From positions 1,760,001 to 1,824,000 of the forward strand of contig OY969811.1 in NCBI GenBank assembly GCA_963703315.1: a stretch of DNA of 64,000 bases, in the 5' to 3' direction. The stretch comes from an uncultured cyanobacterium (GTDB lineage: Bacteria > Cyanobacteriota > Cyanobacteriia > Pseudanabaenales > Pseudanabaenaceae). Both the position numbers and the translations under genes were made by a program. This document shows positions 21,365 through 31,595 of the stretch, piece by piece. Each line of letters begins with the position of its first letter. Position 1 is the first letter of the stretch. The notes under the pieces were generated by a model. It did no database searches, was not told the origin of the DNA, and worked only from the letters and a program-made list of their open reading frames with translations.

Positions 21365-21426
21365 TTAGAATACAGTACAACGGTATCAACTCAGTTTAGG
21401 TTGAGTAGAATTGGTTAGACGTAAAT

Positions 21427-22743
21427 ATGAAGCACTCTTTCCTATCAGCATTTTTATTAGTAGCAATTTCGATCTCAACTCCGAGCTTGCTTACGGCTTG
21501 TGGTTCATCTCAAGCTGAGTCTGCTGGCAAAGATCGTCGTCCTGCTGTCCCTGTAGTAGTTGCACCTGTAGTCCAGAAAAATCTACCTGTGCAGATTCGA
21601 GGGACGGGCGTAGTGGAAGCATATTCTACGGTGGCGGTGAAGTCGAGGATTGGTGGACAGTTGCTCGAGGTTGGGTTTAAGGACGGACAGGATGTCAAGC
21701 AGGGAGATTTGCTATTTCGCATCGATCCGCGTCCTTTAGAAGCACAATTGCAACAGGCGATCGCCAATCAAGCACGCAACCAAGCCCAACTACAACAGGC
21801 GATCGCCAATCAGGTTAGGTCAGAAGCGACTATTGCTCAAGCCAAGGCAAACCGCGATCGCGACGAGGCTCAGCGTCAGTTTGCCGATTCACAGCGCAAA
21901 AGCTATGACAGTCTCTACGCTGAAGGCGCAATTAGTCGCACACAGGCTGACCAGTTTCGGACCAATGCCAATATCTCTCAAGCAACCGTGAATGCTTCGG
22001 GCAGTGCGATCGATACCACAGTTGCGGCAGCCGAATCGACCAAAGCGGATATCGAGGCTGCTAAAGCTAACCTAGCCGCAGGTGAAGCATTAATTGACAA
22101 TGCTAGAGTTCAGCTTTCCTATACCGAAATTTATTCTCCGATTGATGGCAGAGTTAGTAGTCTCAAAGTCGATCAGGGCAATTTAATCAAAGCCGATGAT
22201 GCTGCGCCCTTGGTGACGATTAGTCAAATTCGACCGATTTACGTCACTTTCACAATTCCCGAAAAGTCGCTAGCGCAAGTAAAGCAATACCAAAAGCGAG
22301 GCAAGCTCAAGGTTCAAGCTTTTATTGCCAACGATAAAAACGATAAAATTCCTAACGATAAAAAGCCTATTGAAGGCGAGCTTACTTTTATCGATAGTTT
22401 GGTAGATGCGACCACAGGAACGGTGCAACTAAAGGCAACTTTTTCCAATAAAGACGATCGCCTCACTCCCGGTCAGCGTGTTGATGTAGTTATGCAACTG
22501 TCTGAAGAAACTAATGCGATCGCAGTTCCTTCTCAAGCCATCCAGACAGGACAAAAAGGACAGTTTGTCTATGTTCTTAAACCCGATAGCACTGTCGAAA
22601 TCCGTCCCGTTAAAGTCAGTAATACAGTAGGCAGTGAAGTGGCGATTGCTGAAGGTTTGAAAGTAAATGAGAAGGTTGTCATCGACGGACAGTTTAATCT
22701 ATCCCCCAACGCCAAGGTAGAAGTGAAAGAGCCACAAAAATGA
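21427..22743 (+). CDS. RND efflux periplasmic adaptor (MdtA-like)
   Basis: Lipobox LTAC, V..GQ.V..G.LL..ID, IYSPIDG, VDATTGT. Confidence 0.92.
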   Translation: MKHSFLSAFLLVAISISTPSLLTACGSSQAESAGKDRRPAVPVVVAPVVQKNLPVQIRGTGVVEAYSTVAVKSRIGGQLLEVGFKDGQDVKQGDLLFRIDPRPLEAQLQQAIANQARNQAQLQQAIANQVRSEATIAQAKANRDRDEAQRQFADSQRKSYDSLYAEGAISRTQADQFRTNANISQATVNASGSAIDTTVAAAESTKADIEAAKANLAAGEALIDNARVQLSYTEIYSPIDGRVSSLKVDQGNLIKADDAAPLVTISQIRPIYVTFTIPEKSLAQVKQYQKRGKLKVQAFIANDKNDKIPNDKKPIEGELTFIDSLVDATTGTVQLKATFSNKDDRLTPGQRVDVVMQLSEETNAIAVPSQAIQTGQKGQFVYVLKPDSTVEIRPVKVSNTVGSEVAIAEGLKVNEKVVIDGQFNLSPNAKVEVKEPQK

Positions 22744-25700
22744 ACATTACTCAACCCTTTATCCGTCGCCCTGTCATGACCACCTTGATCATGCTGGGTA
22801 TTCTTCTATTTGGCATTATTAGCTATCGGCTATTACCCGTGAGCGATCTGCCCACCGTAGACTTCCCGACGATTAGCGTGTCGGCTTCCTTGCCAGGGGC
22901 TAGTCCTGAGACGATGGCGGCTTCGGTGGCAACACCTTTAGAGCAGCAGTTCTCATCGATCGCAGGTTTAGACTCGATGACTTCTAGCAGTTCCCTTGGT
23001 AGTACACAGGTGACTTTGCAGTTCAATCTCAACCGTCAGATTGATGGAGCCGCCCAAGATGTCCAAGCGGCGATCGCCAAAGCAGCAAGACAATTGCCGT
23101 CCACAATGCCCAGTCCACCACAATATCGTAAAGTCAATCCCGCCGATCAGCCAATTTTATACATTGCTCTGAAATCGGAAGTATTGACCCTTGCGGATGT
23201 GGATCGCTATGCCGAAAACTTTCTTGCTCAAAGGCTTTCGACTGTAGATGGCGTGGCACAGGTGCAGGTCTTTGGCTCTCAGAAATATGCAGTTCGTGTC
23301 CAACTCGATCCCCAATCTTTGCAAACAAAAGGGCTTGGTATTGATGAAGTTGCGACAGCGATCGCCCAAGGCAATTCTAACCAACCCACAGGAACAATCT
23401 ATGGACAGGATCGCACACTCACCATTGATACTAATGGTAGTTTAGAGAATGCGGCAGCTTTTCGTCCTCTGATTGTTGCCTATCGCAATGGCGCACCGAT
23501 TCGCTTAAATGAAATTGGTCAAGTCCTCGATAGCGTCGAGAATGATCGCCTTGCTAGTTGGTACAACGGCACAAGAGCGATTATTCTGGCAATACAGCGC
23601 CAACCGGGGACAAATACGGTTGCGATCGTCGATACCTTAGAGAAGCTTTTACCAACTTTCCGATCGCAAATCCCTGCGGCGATTGACATGGAAATTCTCT
23701 ATGATCGTTCCCAATCAGTTCGAGCTTCCGTTGAAGATGTCCAGTTTAGCTTGCTTCTATCAATTGGATTAGTGGTAATGGTGATCTTTCTCTTTTTGAG
23801 AAATTTATCCGCGACGGTGATTCCTAGTATCGCTCTACCGATCTCGATTGTGGCAACTTTTGCGATCATGTATAAGCTGGGATATTCCCTTGACAACCTC
23901 TCTTTGATGGCGCTCACCCTGTCCGTTGGCTTTGTCGTCGATGATGCGGTGGTGGTTCTTGAAAACATTGTCCGCCATTTAGAGATGGGTAAGTCCCGCT
24001 TTCAAGCGGCGATCGATGGCTCTCAGGAAATTGGGTTTACAGTCCTATCAATGACGATCTCATTGGTAGCAGTATTCATTCCCATTCTCTTTATGGGTGG
24101 TATTTTAGGCAGACTCTTTCAGGAATTTGCAGTCACGATTAGCGTCGCCATCCTCGTTTCAGGATTTGTCTCGCTCAGTCTCACCCCCATGCTGTGCAGT
24201 CGATTTCTCAGTCATAGCGATCATCATAGTCATCAGCAATCTAGCAACTCTAGTAGTGGTAATGGACATCAAGAGCATCATGGGCTAGAACGCCTCGAAA
24301 CTCAGGGCGGATTCTTCCAGCGCTTTTATGGATGGAGTTTACGTCAATCTTTGAAATATCACCGTGTGACGATGGCAATTTCGGCAACGGTGTTGGTTGC
24401 CACAATTTTTCTGTTTATGGTTGTACCGAAAGGTTTTATTCCCAATGATGATATTGGGCAGATTGTCGCATCTACTGAAGCAATTCAAGGTATTTCCTTT
24501 GAGGAGATGGCGAAACATCAAGCCCAACTAGCGGAGATTGCCAGTAAAGATCCCAATATTGAGGCGGTGAACTCTACTGTCGGCGCAGGGGGTCCCAATG
24601 CAGCAAGCAATACAGGGCGATTATTTATGCGTTTAAAAGAGCGTAGTAAGCGATCGCTCGGAGCAGATGAAATTGTCCAAGAACTACGCCCCAAAATGGC
24701 AAAAGTGGCAGGTATTCGCGCCTTCTTACAAAATCCCCCTACGATCAGAATTGGCGCACAACAATCGAAAGCTCTATATCAGTACACACTATCTGATACA
24801 AACCTCGATCTGCTTTATCAATACGCACCAGAACTAGAGAAAAAGCTGCGATCGCTTGATACTTTGCAAGATGTGACCAGCGATTTACAAATTAAAAATC
24901 CTCAAGTCAGTATCGATATCAATCGCGATCGCGCGGCGGCTCTAGGATTATCGGCAAATCAAATTGAGTCAGCACTTTCCTATGCCTATGGAACTCGACA
25001 AGTTTCCACAATTTATACTGCTGACAATCAATATTCTGTAATCATGGGCTTAAGTCCTGAGTATCAAGCCGATTTAAAATCCCTTGACTTACTATCAGTG
25101 CGATCGAGTAATGGACAACTAGTTCCTCTCAGTACCGTAGCTACTTTCAAACAAACCGTGGGCGCTCTATCGGTAAACCATACTGGACAACTGCCTGCGG
25201 TGACGATTTCCTTCAATCTTAAACCCAGTATTTCTCTCAGTGATGTGGTGGGAACCATCGAACAATATGCCCGCGAAATTTTGCCCGCTTCTACCACAGG
25301 CAAATTCCAAGGTACAGCCCAAGCATTCCAAGACTCTATCCAAGGTTTAGGCTGGTTATTAGTCGCCGCCATTTTTGTAATCTACATTATTTTAGGGATT
25401 CTCTACGAAAGCTTTATCCATCCAATTACGATTCTCACCAGCTTACCCTCCGCAGGTTTTGGCGCATTACTGACGCTGATCATTTTCCGTAGTGAACTAA
25501 ATGTCTATGCCTTTGTCGGAATTATTCTCTTAGTTGGTATCGTTAAAAAGAACGGGATTATGATGGTGGACTTTGCGATCGCTGCCCGTAAAGAAGGTAG
25601 CACTCCCTACGATGCCATTTATGAAGCTTGTTTAGTCCGCTTCCGTCCGATCATGATGACGACGATGGCAGCCTTGATGGGAACCTTACCAATCGCCCTA

Positions 25701-25904
25701 GGTTGGGGAGCAGGGGCAGAATCTCGCCGTGCTTTGGGCTTGGCTGTGGTGGGAGGATTAGTTTTTTCGCAAATGTTGACGCTTTACATTACGCCCGTCT
25801 TTTATATCTACATGGAAGCATTCCAAGATCGCTGGAAAAAGCGTGACATTAGCAACAAGCCCGACAAGACCAACAAAACCAAAATCCTTATGGTCGGTAA
25901 GTAG
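22740..25904 (+). CDS. RND efflux permease (MdtB/C-like)
   Basis: 1054 aa; [28 protein letters not shown]. Confidence 0.95.
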   Translation: MNITQPFIRRPVMTTLIMLGILLFGIISYRLLPVSDLPTVDFPTISVSASLPGASPETMAASVATPLEQQFSSIAGLDSMTSSSSLGSTQVTLQFNLNRQIDGAAQDVQAAIAKAARQLPSTMPSPPQYRKVNPADQPILYIALKSEVLTLADVDRYAENFLAQRLSTVDGVAQVQVFGSQKYAVRVQLDPQSLQTKGLGIDEVATAIAQGNSNQPTGTIYGQDRTLTIDTNGSLENAAAFRPLIVAYRNGAPIRLNEIGQVLDSVENDRLASWYNGTRAIILAIQRQPGTNTVAIVDTLEKLLPTFRSQIPAAIDMEILYDRSQSVRASVEDVQFSLLLSIGLVVMVIFLFLRNLSATVIPSIALPISIVATFAIMYKLGYSLDNLSLMALTLSVGFVVDDAVVVLENIVRHLEMGKSRFQAAIDGSQEIGFTVLSMTISLVAVFIPILFMGGILGRLFQEFAVTISVAILVSGFVSLSLTPMLCSRFLSHSDHHSHQQSSNSSSGNGHQEHHGLERLETQGGFFQRFYGWSLRQSLKYHRVTMAISATVLVATIFLFMVVPKGFIPNDDIGQIVASTEAIQGISFEEMAKHQAQLAEIASKDPNIEAVNSTVGAGGPNAASNTGRLFMRLKERSKRSLGADEIVQELRPKMAKVAGIRAFLQNPPTIRIGAQQSKALYQYTLSDTNLDLLYQYAPELEKKLRSLDTLQDVTSDLQIKNPQVSIDINRDRAAALGLSANQIESALSYAYGTRQVSTIYTADNQYSVIMGLSPEYQADLKSLDLLSVRSSNGQLVPLSTVATFKQTVGALSVNHTGQLPAVTISFNLKPSISLSDVVGTIEQYAREILPASTTGKFQGTAQAFQDSIQGLGWLLVAAIFVIYIILGILYESFIHPITILTSLPSAGFGALLTLIIFRSELNVYAFVGIILLVGIVKKNGIMMVDFAIAARKEGSTPYDAIYEACLVRFRPIMMTTMAALMGTLPIALGWGAGAESRRALGLAVVGGLVFSQMLTLYITPVFYIYMEAFQDRWKKRDISNKPDKTNKTKILMVGK

Positions 25905-25992
25905 CCCAAAAAGAGAGACGACGCAAAGCGTCGTCTCTCTTTTTGGATCTGGCAATAGCTATAATGCCAAAATTACCTCATCAAGCTTAACT

Positions 25993-26829
25993 ATGATCAA
26001 TAATCATGAAAACCCGATCGCCCAAATCCCCGTTGTCGTCTCAGGGGCGACAGGTAAAATGGGGCGCGAAATTATCAAAGCGATCGCCCAAGCACCAGAC
26101 ATGACCCTCGTCGGTGCGATCGGTCGCAAGCACATCGGCGAAGATATTGGCGAAGTGATTGGTATTGGCGAGTTAGAAATACCTGTGACTGACAATCTCG
26201 AAGTTGTCCTTGCCCAAGCTGCTCAAGAGTCGCAACTACCAGTCATGGTCGATGTCACCCACCCCAGCATCATCTATGACAATATCCGCTCGGCGATCGC
26301 CTATGGGGTGCGTCCTGTCGTTGGCACAACGGGCTTAAGCGAAAAACAAATTGATGATCTGGCAATTTTTGCAGACAAGGCAAGTACAGGTTGTATCATT
26401 GCCCCAAATTTTTCTGTCGGTGTAATTCTCATGCAACAAGCTGCGATCGCCGCCGCCAAATATTTCCAGCACGTCGAAATCATCGAACTGCACCATAATC
26501 AAAAAGCCGATGCGCCCAGTGGTACTGCCATCAAAACCGCGCAAATGCTTTCAGAACTAGGTCAATCCTTTAATCCTGCCCTTGTCGATGAAAAAGAGCA
26601 TCTCACGGGCGCAAGGGGTGCAACCTACGGCGAAAATATCCGCATTCACAGTGTCCGTGTCCCCGGACTAGTCGCCCGTCAAGAAGTGATTTTTGGGGCA
26701 ATGGGTGAAACTCTGAAAATTGAGCATAATGCTAGCGATCGCACTTGCTACATGGCAGGAGTCTTACTCTGTGTCCGCAAAGTACTTGCTCTCAAGTCAC
26801 TGATTTATGGATTAGAAAAACTACTTTAA
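25993..26829 (+). CDS. dapB: 4-hydroxy-tetrahydrodipicolinate reductase
   Basis: [28 protein letters not shown]; start ATG 25993. Confidence 0.95.
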   Translation: MINNHENPIAQIPVVVSGATGKMGREIIKAIAQAPDMTLVGAIGRKHIGEDIGEVIGIGELEIPVTDNLEVVLAQAAQESQLPVMVDVTHPSIIYDNIRSAIAYGVRPVVGTTGLSEKQIDDLAIFADKASTGCIIAPNFSVGVILMQQAAIAAAKYFQHVEIIELHHNQKADAPSGTAIKTAQMLSELGQSFNPALVDEKEHLTGARGATYGENIRIHSVRVPGLVARQEVIFGAMGETLKIEHNASDRTCYMAGVLLCVRKVLALKSLIYGLEKLL

Positions 26830-26908
26830 AAATAAAGTGCGCTTAGCGCACTTTATTAGAAAAACAAAAAAGCCTTCGCATTGCGAAGGCTTTTTTGTTT
26901 TTCAAGAA

Positions 26909-26981
26909 TACCCCCAGGGGAATTCGAATCCCCGTCGCCTCCGTGAAAGGGAGGTGTCCTAGGCCTCTAGACGATGGGGGC
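26909..26981 (-). tRNA. trnE: tRNA-Glu(UUC)
   Basis: Reverse complement GCCCCCATCGTCTAGAGGCCTAGGACACCTCCCTTTCACGGAGGCGACGGGGATTCGAATTCCCCTGGGGGTA; CCA not encoded. Confidence 0.97.
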
Positions 26982-27083
26982 GTGTTCTTGACCTTTATTA
27001 AGATACATACCGACGTGAAACTTTGTCAACACCTAAACCAAACTTTTTTGAAATTTTTTGAAAACTACAGCCTATTGAGGTTT

Positions 27084-27165
27084 TAAGCTATCGCCAGTCT
27101 TGTTAGGACATAAACCCAGAAGACGAGTGGCGGCGCAAAGCGCCGCCACTCGTCTTCTGGGTTTT
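27084..27165. mobile_element. MITE-like family A, partial copy
   Basis: Left end matches the 57937 copy; GAGTGGCGGCGC-AAA-GCGCCGCCACTC hairpin. Confidence 0.6.
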
Positions 27166-27167
27166 AT

Positions 27168-27596
27168 TTAGATGCGGGGACGAATACCATAGTGACGGTA
27201 GCGCCAATAATCTTGCAGGATTTGAGCATGATCGAAACATAGTTGATTTGGCATTTCCCAAGCCGTAAAAATCCCGACAGACTTAGCATCATCATCAGCT
27301 TTCGGTTCACCTACTGCCTCGCCAATATATACAGTACTAATCGTATGTAAGCGAGTATCGCGACTAGGGTCAGAATATATACCGAGCAAATCAATTAACT
27401 CCACCTTTAGCCCCGTTTCTTCTAAGGCTTCTCGTCTGGCTGCGTCCTCTAAACGTTCGCCATAGTCCACAAACCCACCAGCGATCGCCCATCCATGCGG
27501 CGGATTAAGTCGCTCAATTAGCACAATTGGTTGATGGGGGCGATCGCGCAGGACAATGATGATATCAACCGTAGGAACAGGATTTCGGTAAGTCAC
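27168..27596 (-). CDS. NUDIX hydrolase
   Basis: [24 protein letters not shown]udix box. Confidence 0.93.
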   Translation of the reverse strand: MTYRNPVPTVDIIIVLRDRPHQPIVLIERLNPPHGWAIAGGFVDYGERLEDAARREALEETGLKVELIDLLGIYSDPSRDTRLHTISTVYIGEAVGEPKADDDAKSVGIFTAWEMPNQLCFDHAQILQDYWRYRHYGIRPRI

Positions 27597-27617
27597 TTGA
27601 TTTTTCAGTTTATTGAT

Positions 27618-27722
27618 TAAGTAGCTGGGCGCAATTAAATATAAAACCCCAAAACCTATGGCGCACGCTGCGCGTGCGCCATAGGTTTTGGATTTGTTTT
27701 TTTAATTATGCCCAGCTACTTA
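27618..27722. mobile_element. MITE-like family B, copy 2
   Basis: TAAGTAGCTGGGC...GCCCAGCTACTTA; near-identical to 5488-5591. Confidence 0.72.
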
Positions 27723-27836
27723 GCTATCGATAGTATTGTGCGCCATAGTATTTTTCAAGCAAGGTACAAAGGATTGTTTCCCCGCCGAAGGCGGGGAAAC
27801 AATCTATAGGAAATGGCGCTTTCCTTAGCATAGAGA

Positions 27837-27878
27837 GTAATTACAGCTACAAAATACCGATCTGCACTAGGTTATGAT
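27837..27878 (+). promoter_or_regulatory. Canonical NtcA-activated promoter of nrrA
   Basis: GTA-ATTACAGC-TAC (27837-27850), exactly 22 bp, then TATGAT (27873-27878). Confidence 0.8.
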
Positions 27879-27930
27879 TCAGAATCATCATCCGAGAGCT
27901 ATGAGCCTTACTCGGCAGGAGAGTATTTCT

Positions 27931-28725
27931 TTGATTCCGATTAGCATAGAAATTGTAGAAGGGAATCCGAATCTTGCCTCTCTCTTGGGTTGGCATTTAC
28001 AGCAGATTGGCTATTCGGTATTTCAGGCAGTTAGTTGTCACCAAGCAAAGCTGGTATTTCAAAAACAGCAACCGAGCTTAGTGATCTTGAGTACCGATCT
28101 ACCTGATGGGGATGGTATTGAGCTATGTCATTGGTTACACAAACAGAGAAGTTCTTTAATCTTTGTAATTTCTGCACGAACTGGTGAAGCCGATATTGTG
28201 GAGGGTTTAAAGGCAGGGGCAGATGATTATTTGACTAAACCTTTTGGGATGCAAGAGTTTTTAGCAAGGGTAGAGGCTTTAACTCGTAGGTTACGCACCT
28301 CTGCGCCTCCTGCTTGCCTAGATTACGGTACACTCAAAATCGATCTGGTACAAAGGCAAGTGCGCCTCAAGGGGAATGCGATCGATTTAACACCACAGGA
28401 GTTTAGTTTGCTCTATGTACTTGCCCAATCGGAGGGATTAGCTCTAAGTCGTGCTGAGCTACTTCAACGCGCTTGGCCAGATGAAATTAATAATCCCCGT
28501 ACAGTGGATACCCATGTTTTATCGTTACGCAAAAAACTAGAAGTTGATCCACAGCAACCTAACTTAATTCAAACGGTACGCAATATTGGCTATCGGTTTA
28601 ACCCCGAAGCCTTAGCCCGATCGCCTATCCGTCCAAATACTCACAACCCTAATAATCTGCATAATTCTAGCGATCGCCCCCCACAATTCACTGCACCACC
28701 TAGCCGCTCTTTTGCCAAATATTAA
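27931..28725 (+). CDS. nrrA: OmpR-family nitrogen-regulated response regulator NrrA
   Basis: IEIVEGNPNLASLLGWHLQQ, LTPQEFSLL, NPRTVDTHVLSLRKK; likely TTG start 27931 after AGGAG and the NtcA promoter. Confidence 0.85.
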   Translation: MIPISIEIVEGNPNLASLLGWHLQQIGYSVFQAVSCHQAKLVFQKQQPSLVILSTDLPDGDGIELCHWLHKQRSSLIFVISARTGEADIVEGLKAGADDYLTKPFGMQEFLARVEALTRRLRTSAPPACLDYGTLKIDLVQRQVRLKGNAIDLTPQEFSLLYVLAQSEGLALSRAELLQRAWPDEINNPRTVDTHVLSLRKKLEVDPQQPNLIQTVRNIGYRFNPEALARSPIRPNTHNPNNLHNSSDRPPQFTAPPSRSFAKY

Positions 28726-28772
28726 ACCCCAAGGTGAGGCGCAAAGCGCTTCACCTTGGGAAAACTAGCTTA

Positions 28773-30854
28773 TTATTCAAATAGAGGCATTTCTAGAGAA
28801 ACTGGGGCAAATTCTAATTGCACTGTCGGCTGTCTGACTTTGGCAGCAAAGGCAAGAGGGTCGAGGTCGAATTGCTCAAATAACTCCCGTCCACGAATAC
28901 AACGTAATTCAGGATTTTCCGCAGCACCACTCACTACCCAAAGCACAAAATCCTTATTGCTACGAGCATTCTCAATCTCGATCGCTGAAATCGCAAAGGA
29001 TTCACGATCTTTGGTGAAGCTCTTGATCACGACAGCTTCACTCAGATCATCTTTGGTACATTCGAGATCATAGCCAACTTGAGATTTATCAACTGACTTT
29101 ACAAACCAGCCATCACGCATATATTGCGCCATTACCGAGATCATCGCTAGTTTCTCCGCCGTACTAGGATCTTCAATGGAGAAAGGGACAGGTTTTTCAA
29201 CTACCCGATCAACGACTCTTTCGACCACGCGATCGACTAGTTTTTCCACCTCCACAATCTTTTCGACTTCAACTAGCTTCTCGACTTCAACCAGTTTTTC
29301 CACCTCCACAATCTTTTCGATTTCGACAATTTTTTCGACTTCAACTAGTTTCTCGACTTCGACAATCTTTTCGACTACCTTCTCAACTTCCACAATCTGA
29401 GCGATCGCTTCAGGTGAATGGGATACTTCTACTTCAGAGTCAGAAAATGCAGCGATCGCTTCTTCGCTAGTCATAAATTCGGCAACAGGCATAGCGATAG
29501 CTTGATCTTCCTGGGTTGGAATCTCGACAATGAGAGCGCTAGTTTCTTCGTCAGTATCATCAAGAACAAACTTAGAACTAATTGGTTCATTGATTGGCTC
29601 AACGGCGGCGGGCGTTTCTGAAGGCGCGATCGCATAGCTACTTCTGGGTTTTGCCTTAGGTAGAGAGTCAATCGCTAGAGTTTCCAGAAATTCCTTGGCT
29701 TTCTTTGCCTTGTCGGGTTTACCTTGAGTCTGATAGAGAACGATCGCCTTACGCAGATCATCCCCAGCAAGGGTTTCATCGGCAATGCTGGGCTGAGAAT
29801 AGGTCAAGCCACGATAGTAGTAGGCATCGACATTACTGGGCTGTAAATCAATGGCATAGCTAAAGTCGCGCAGTGCTTCGGCATATTCCTTGAGAATATA
29901 ATGCGATCGCCCACGCCGAAAAGCAGCAATATCACGATCAGGACTTAGCTCTAGCACGCGGCTATAGGAAGCGATCGCCTGTTCATAACTCTTGAGCTTA
30001 AAGAAAGTGTTACCTAACGATAAATGCGCGTCAGTATAGTTTGGATCAATAGCGATCGCTGCCTGAAAATCTGCTAAGGCTTGCTGAAGCTGATTCAATA
30101 AAAAATTAATTTCGCCGCGTTTGTAGTAGGCTAGACGAGCTTTATCGGGACGCATCGAAATTGCTTTGCCATAATCGCCCACTGCCTTAGCATATTCCCG
30201 CAAACTTACATGGGCATCACCTAAGCCCAAATATGCCTTAATGAAATTTGGATTAAGTTTGAGCGCTTGACGAAAGGATTCCAGTGCATCCTGTGGAAAT
30301 CCTTGCTGAATGTCCTCTAAACCCCATCGGTAATAGACATCAATCAAACTAACGCCCTTACCAGCCCTGATTGCCTTTTGAGTTTGACGCTCCCACTCGC
30401 GATCGAGCATCCGTACATATTCTTCACGAAATACCCCTGCATCGGTTTGTGGTTCGAGAGGCATTCCCTGAAAATGTGGTAACTGGCGCAAATAATCTGT
30501 CCGTAGCGGCTCATCAAAGCTCACACAGGCATCCCAAGCCACCCATATCCGAAAATTGTTCGCCTGTGAGTCGATGTCGTAGGCTTCGCTCAGTTCTCGA
30601 TAACGTGCCGATCGCAGCTTGAGTTGATATTCGCGATCAGCAGGAACAACTGTACCTGATGCAAAATAGCCCTGATTAGTACTACCAATGCGCTTGAAAT
30701 AAGCGCGATCGCCCACCTTCAGGGTTTGAATATTACCGCAGTTCCACGTAACGATATACTGCTCCCCCTCCGAGATCTCAGCGATCGCTTCACGAATAAA
30801 ATCGCGAATCTCTGGCTCTGTCTGCTCGTTACACAGAAAAATTCTTGTGACCAT
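28773..30854 (-). CDS. Multidomain protein: EVE/PUA-like N-terminus, TPR repeats, VEK low-complexity repeat, DUF3883-like C-terminus
   Basis: WNCGN..LKVGDRAYF..GYFASG; about 6 TPRs; (VEVEKI/L)n; GWFVKSVD..VGYDLE. Confidence 0.7.
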   Translation of the reverse strand: MVTRIFLCNEQTEPEIRDFIREAIAEISEGEQYIVTWNCGNIQTLKVGDRAYFKRIGSTNQGYFASGTVVPADREYQLKLRSARYRELSEAYDIDSQANNFRIWVAWDACVSFDEPLRTDYLRQLPHFQGMPLEPQTDAGVFREEYVRMLDREWERQTQKAIRAGKGVSLIDVYYRWGLEDIQQGFPQDALESFRQALKLNPNFIKAYLGLGDAHVSLREYAKAVGDYGKAISMRPDKARLAYYKRGEINFLLNQLQQALADFQAAIAIDPNYTDAHLSLGNTFFKLKSYEQAIASYSRVLELSPDRDIAAFRRGRSHYILKEYAEALRDFSYAIDLQPSNVDAYYYRGLTYSQPSIADETLAGDDLRKAIVLYQTQGKPDKAKKAKEFLETLAIDSLPKAKPRSSYAIAPSETPAAVEPINEPISSKFVLDDTDEETSALIVEIPTQEDQAIAMPVAEFMTSEEAIAAFSDSEVEVSHSPEAIAQIVEVEKVVEKIVEVEKLVEVEKIVEIEKIVEVEKLVEVEKLVEVEKIVEVEKLVDRVVERVVDRVVEKPVPFSIEDPSTAEKLAMISVMAQYMRDGWFVKSVDKSQVGYDLECTKDDLSEAVVIKSFTKDRESFAISAIEIENARSNKDFVLWVVSGAAENPELRCIRGRELFEQFDLDPLAFAAKVRQPTVQLEFAPVSLEMPLFE
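29210..29395 (-). repeat. 18-bp-period coding tandem repeat (VEVEKI/L)
   Basis: About 10 imperfect hexapeptide units. Confidence 0.85.
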
Positions 30855-30939
30855 AGGGCTATTATCTTACGTTTGCAATGATTGTATCTAGAAAATAGAG
30901 GGAGCGCTAAGCACTCCCTCTATTTTCTCAAATATTTTC

Positions 30940-31320
30940 TTAAATTTGAGCGTAAACGAGATCAGGGCGTAGATCTCGCGCTCCGTTTAGGTAAACGTGC
31001 TTAATTTGGTGCTGCTCAAGGAGGGTATTGACATGAATTAATACTCTAATGCAACGCTCTAAACTGCCCTTGACATACATTTGCTGCACATCCAAAAGTG
31101 GTACATTTTCCCAATGCGATCGCGATCGGGCAATTTTGGCAGGAAATACCACATCAATATCGGTGGTCACTGAAAAAGTGGCACTAACTATTTCACGCGG
31201 ATCGATGTCATTTTGCGCTTCGATCTCCTCCATAAGCTCCAACACAGCCCTCTCTAAGGCTGCGTATGTATTTGTTTCAACTGTGGTTGCACCACGAACG
31301 CCACGTACACGCCAACCCAC
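30940..31320 (-). CDS. aroH: Chorismate mutase, AroH class
   Basis: VRGVRGAT, FPAKIAR, CIRVLIH, LRPDL. Confidence 0.93.
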   Translation of the reverse strand: MGWRVRGVRGATTVETNTYAALERAVLELMEEIEAQNDIDPREIVSATFSVTTDIDVVFPAKIARSRSHWENVPLLDVQQMYVKGSLERCIRVLIHVNTLLEQHQIKHVYLNGARDLRPDLVYAQI

Positions 31321-31595
31321 GTTTTACACCATCCGTAATGTCTGTAAGTGTTCTTGATTGTTAATCATATAGCAATAATAGATAAGGCTCTAAGCCCTGA
31401 CTTTATTTTCTAATATTTTTCATGGATTATGATCTTATCGATCACTTTGGGGATAAATCATTTCGGAGTGCTATAGCTATAATATTTTTGTGATAATTAT
31501 TGCTAAATTTAGGCTGAATAAGGCTACTTAACATCATTACTGGTTAAATCTAGTTAGCATATAATAAACAAAATAATCAGTAATCCTAAGTTGTT

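Noticed and set aside
25843..25992. N-terminal extensions called for dapB, and likewise for ORFs starting at 5577, 18374, 20774, 27874 and 55086
   Set aside because: The extensions run through hairpins, MITEs or promoter elements; downstream starts fit the family N-termini better.
26895..27086. 63-aa ORF on the + strand
   Set aside because: Antisense shadow of tRNA-Glu.
26909..27600. tRNA-Glu as an integration site for an island
   Set aside because: No integrase and no duplicated tRNA 3' end seen in the window.
29176..29400. Ser/Thr-rich repeat ORF on the + strand
   Set aside because: Antisense of the VEK repeat in the TPR gene.
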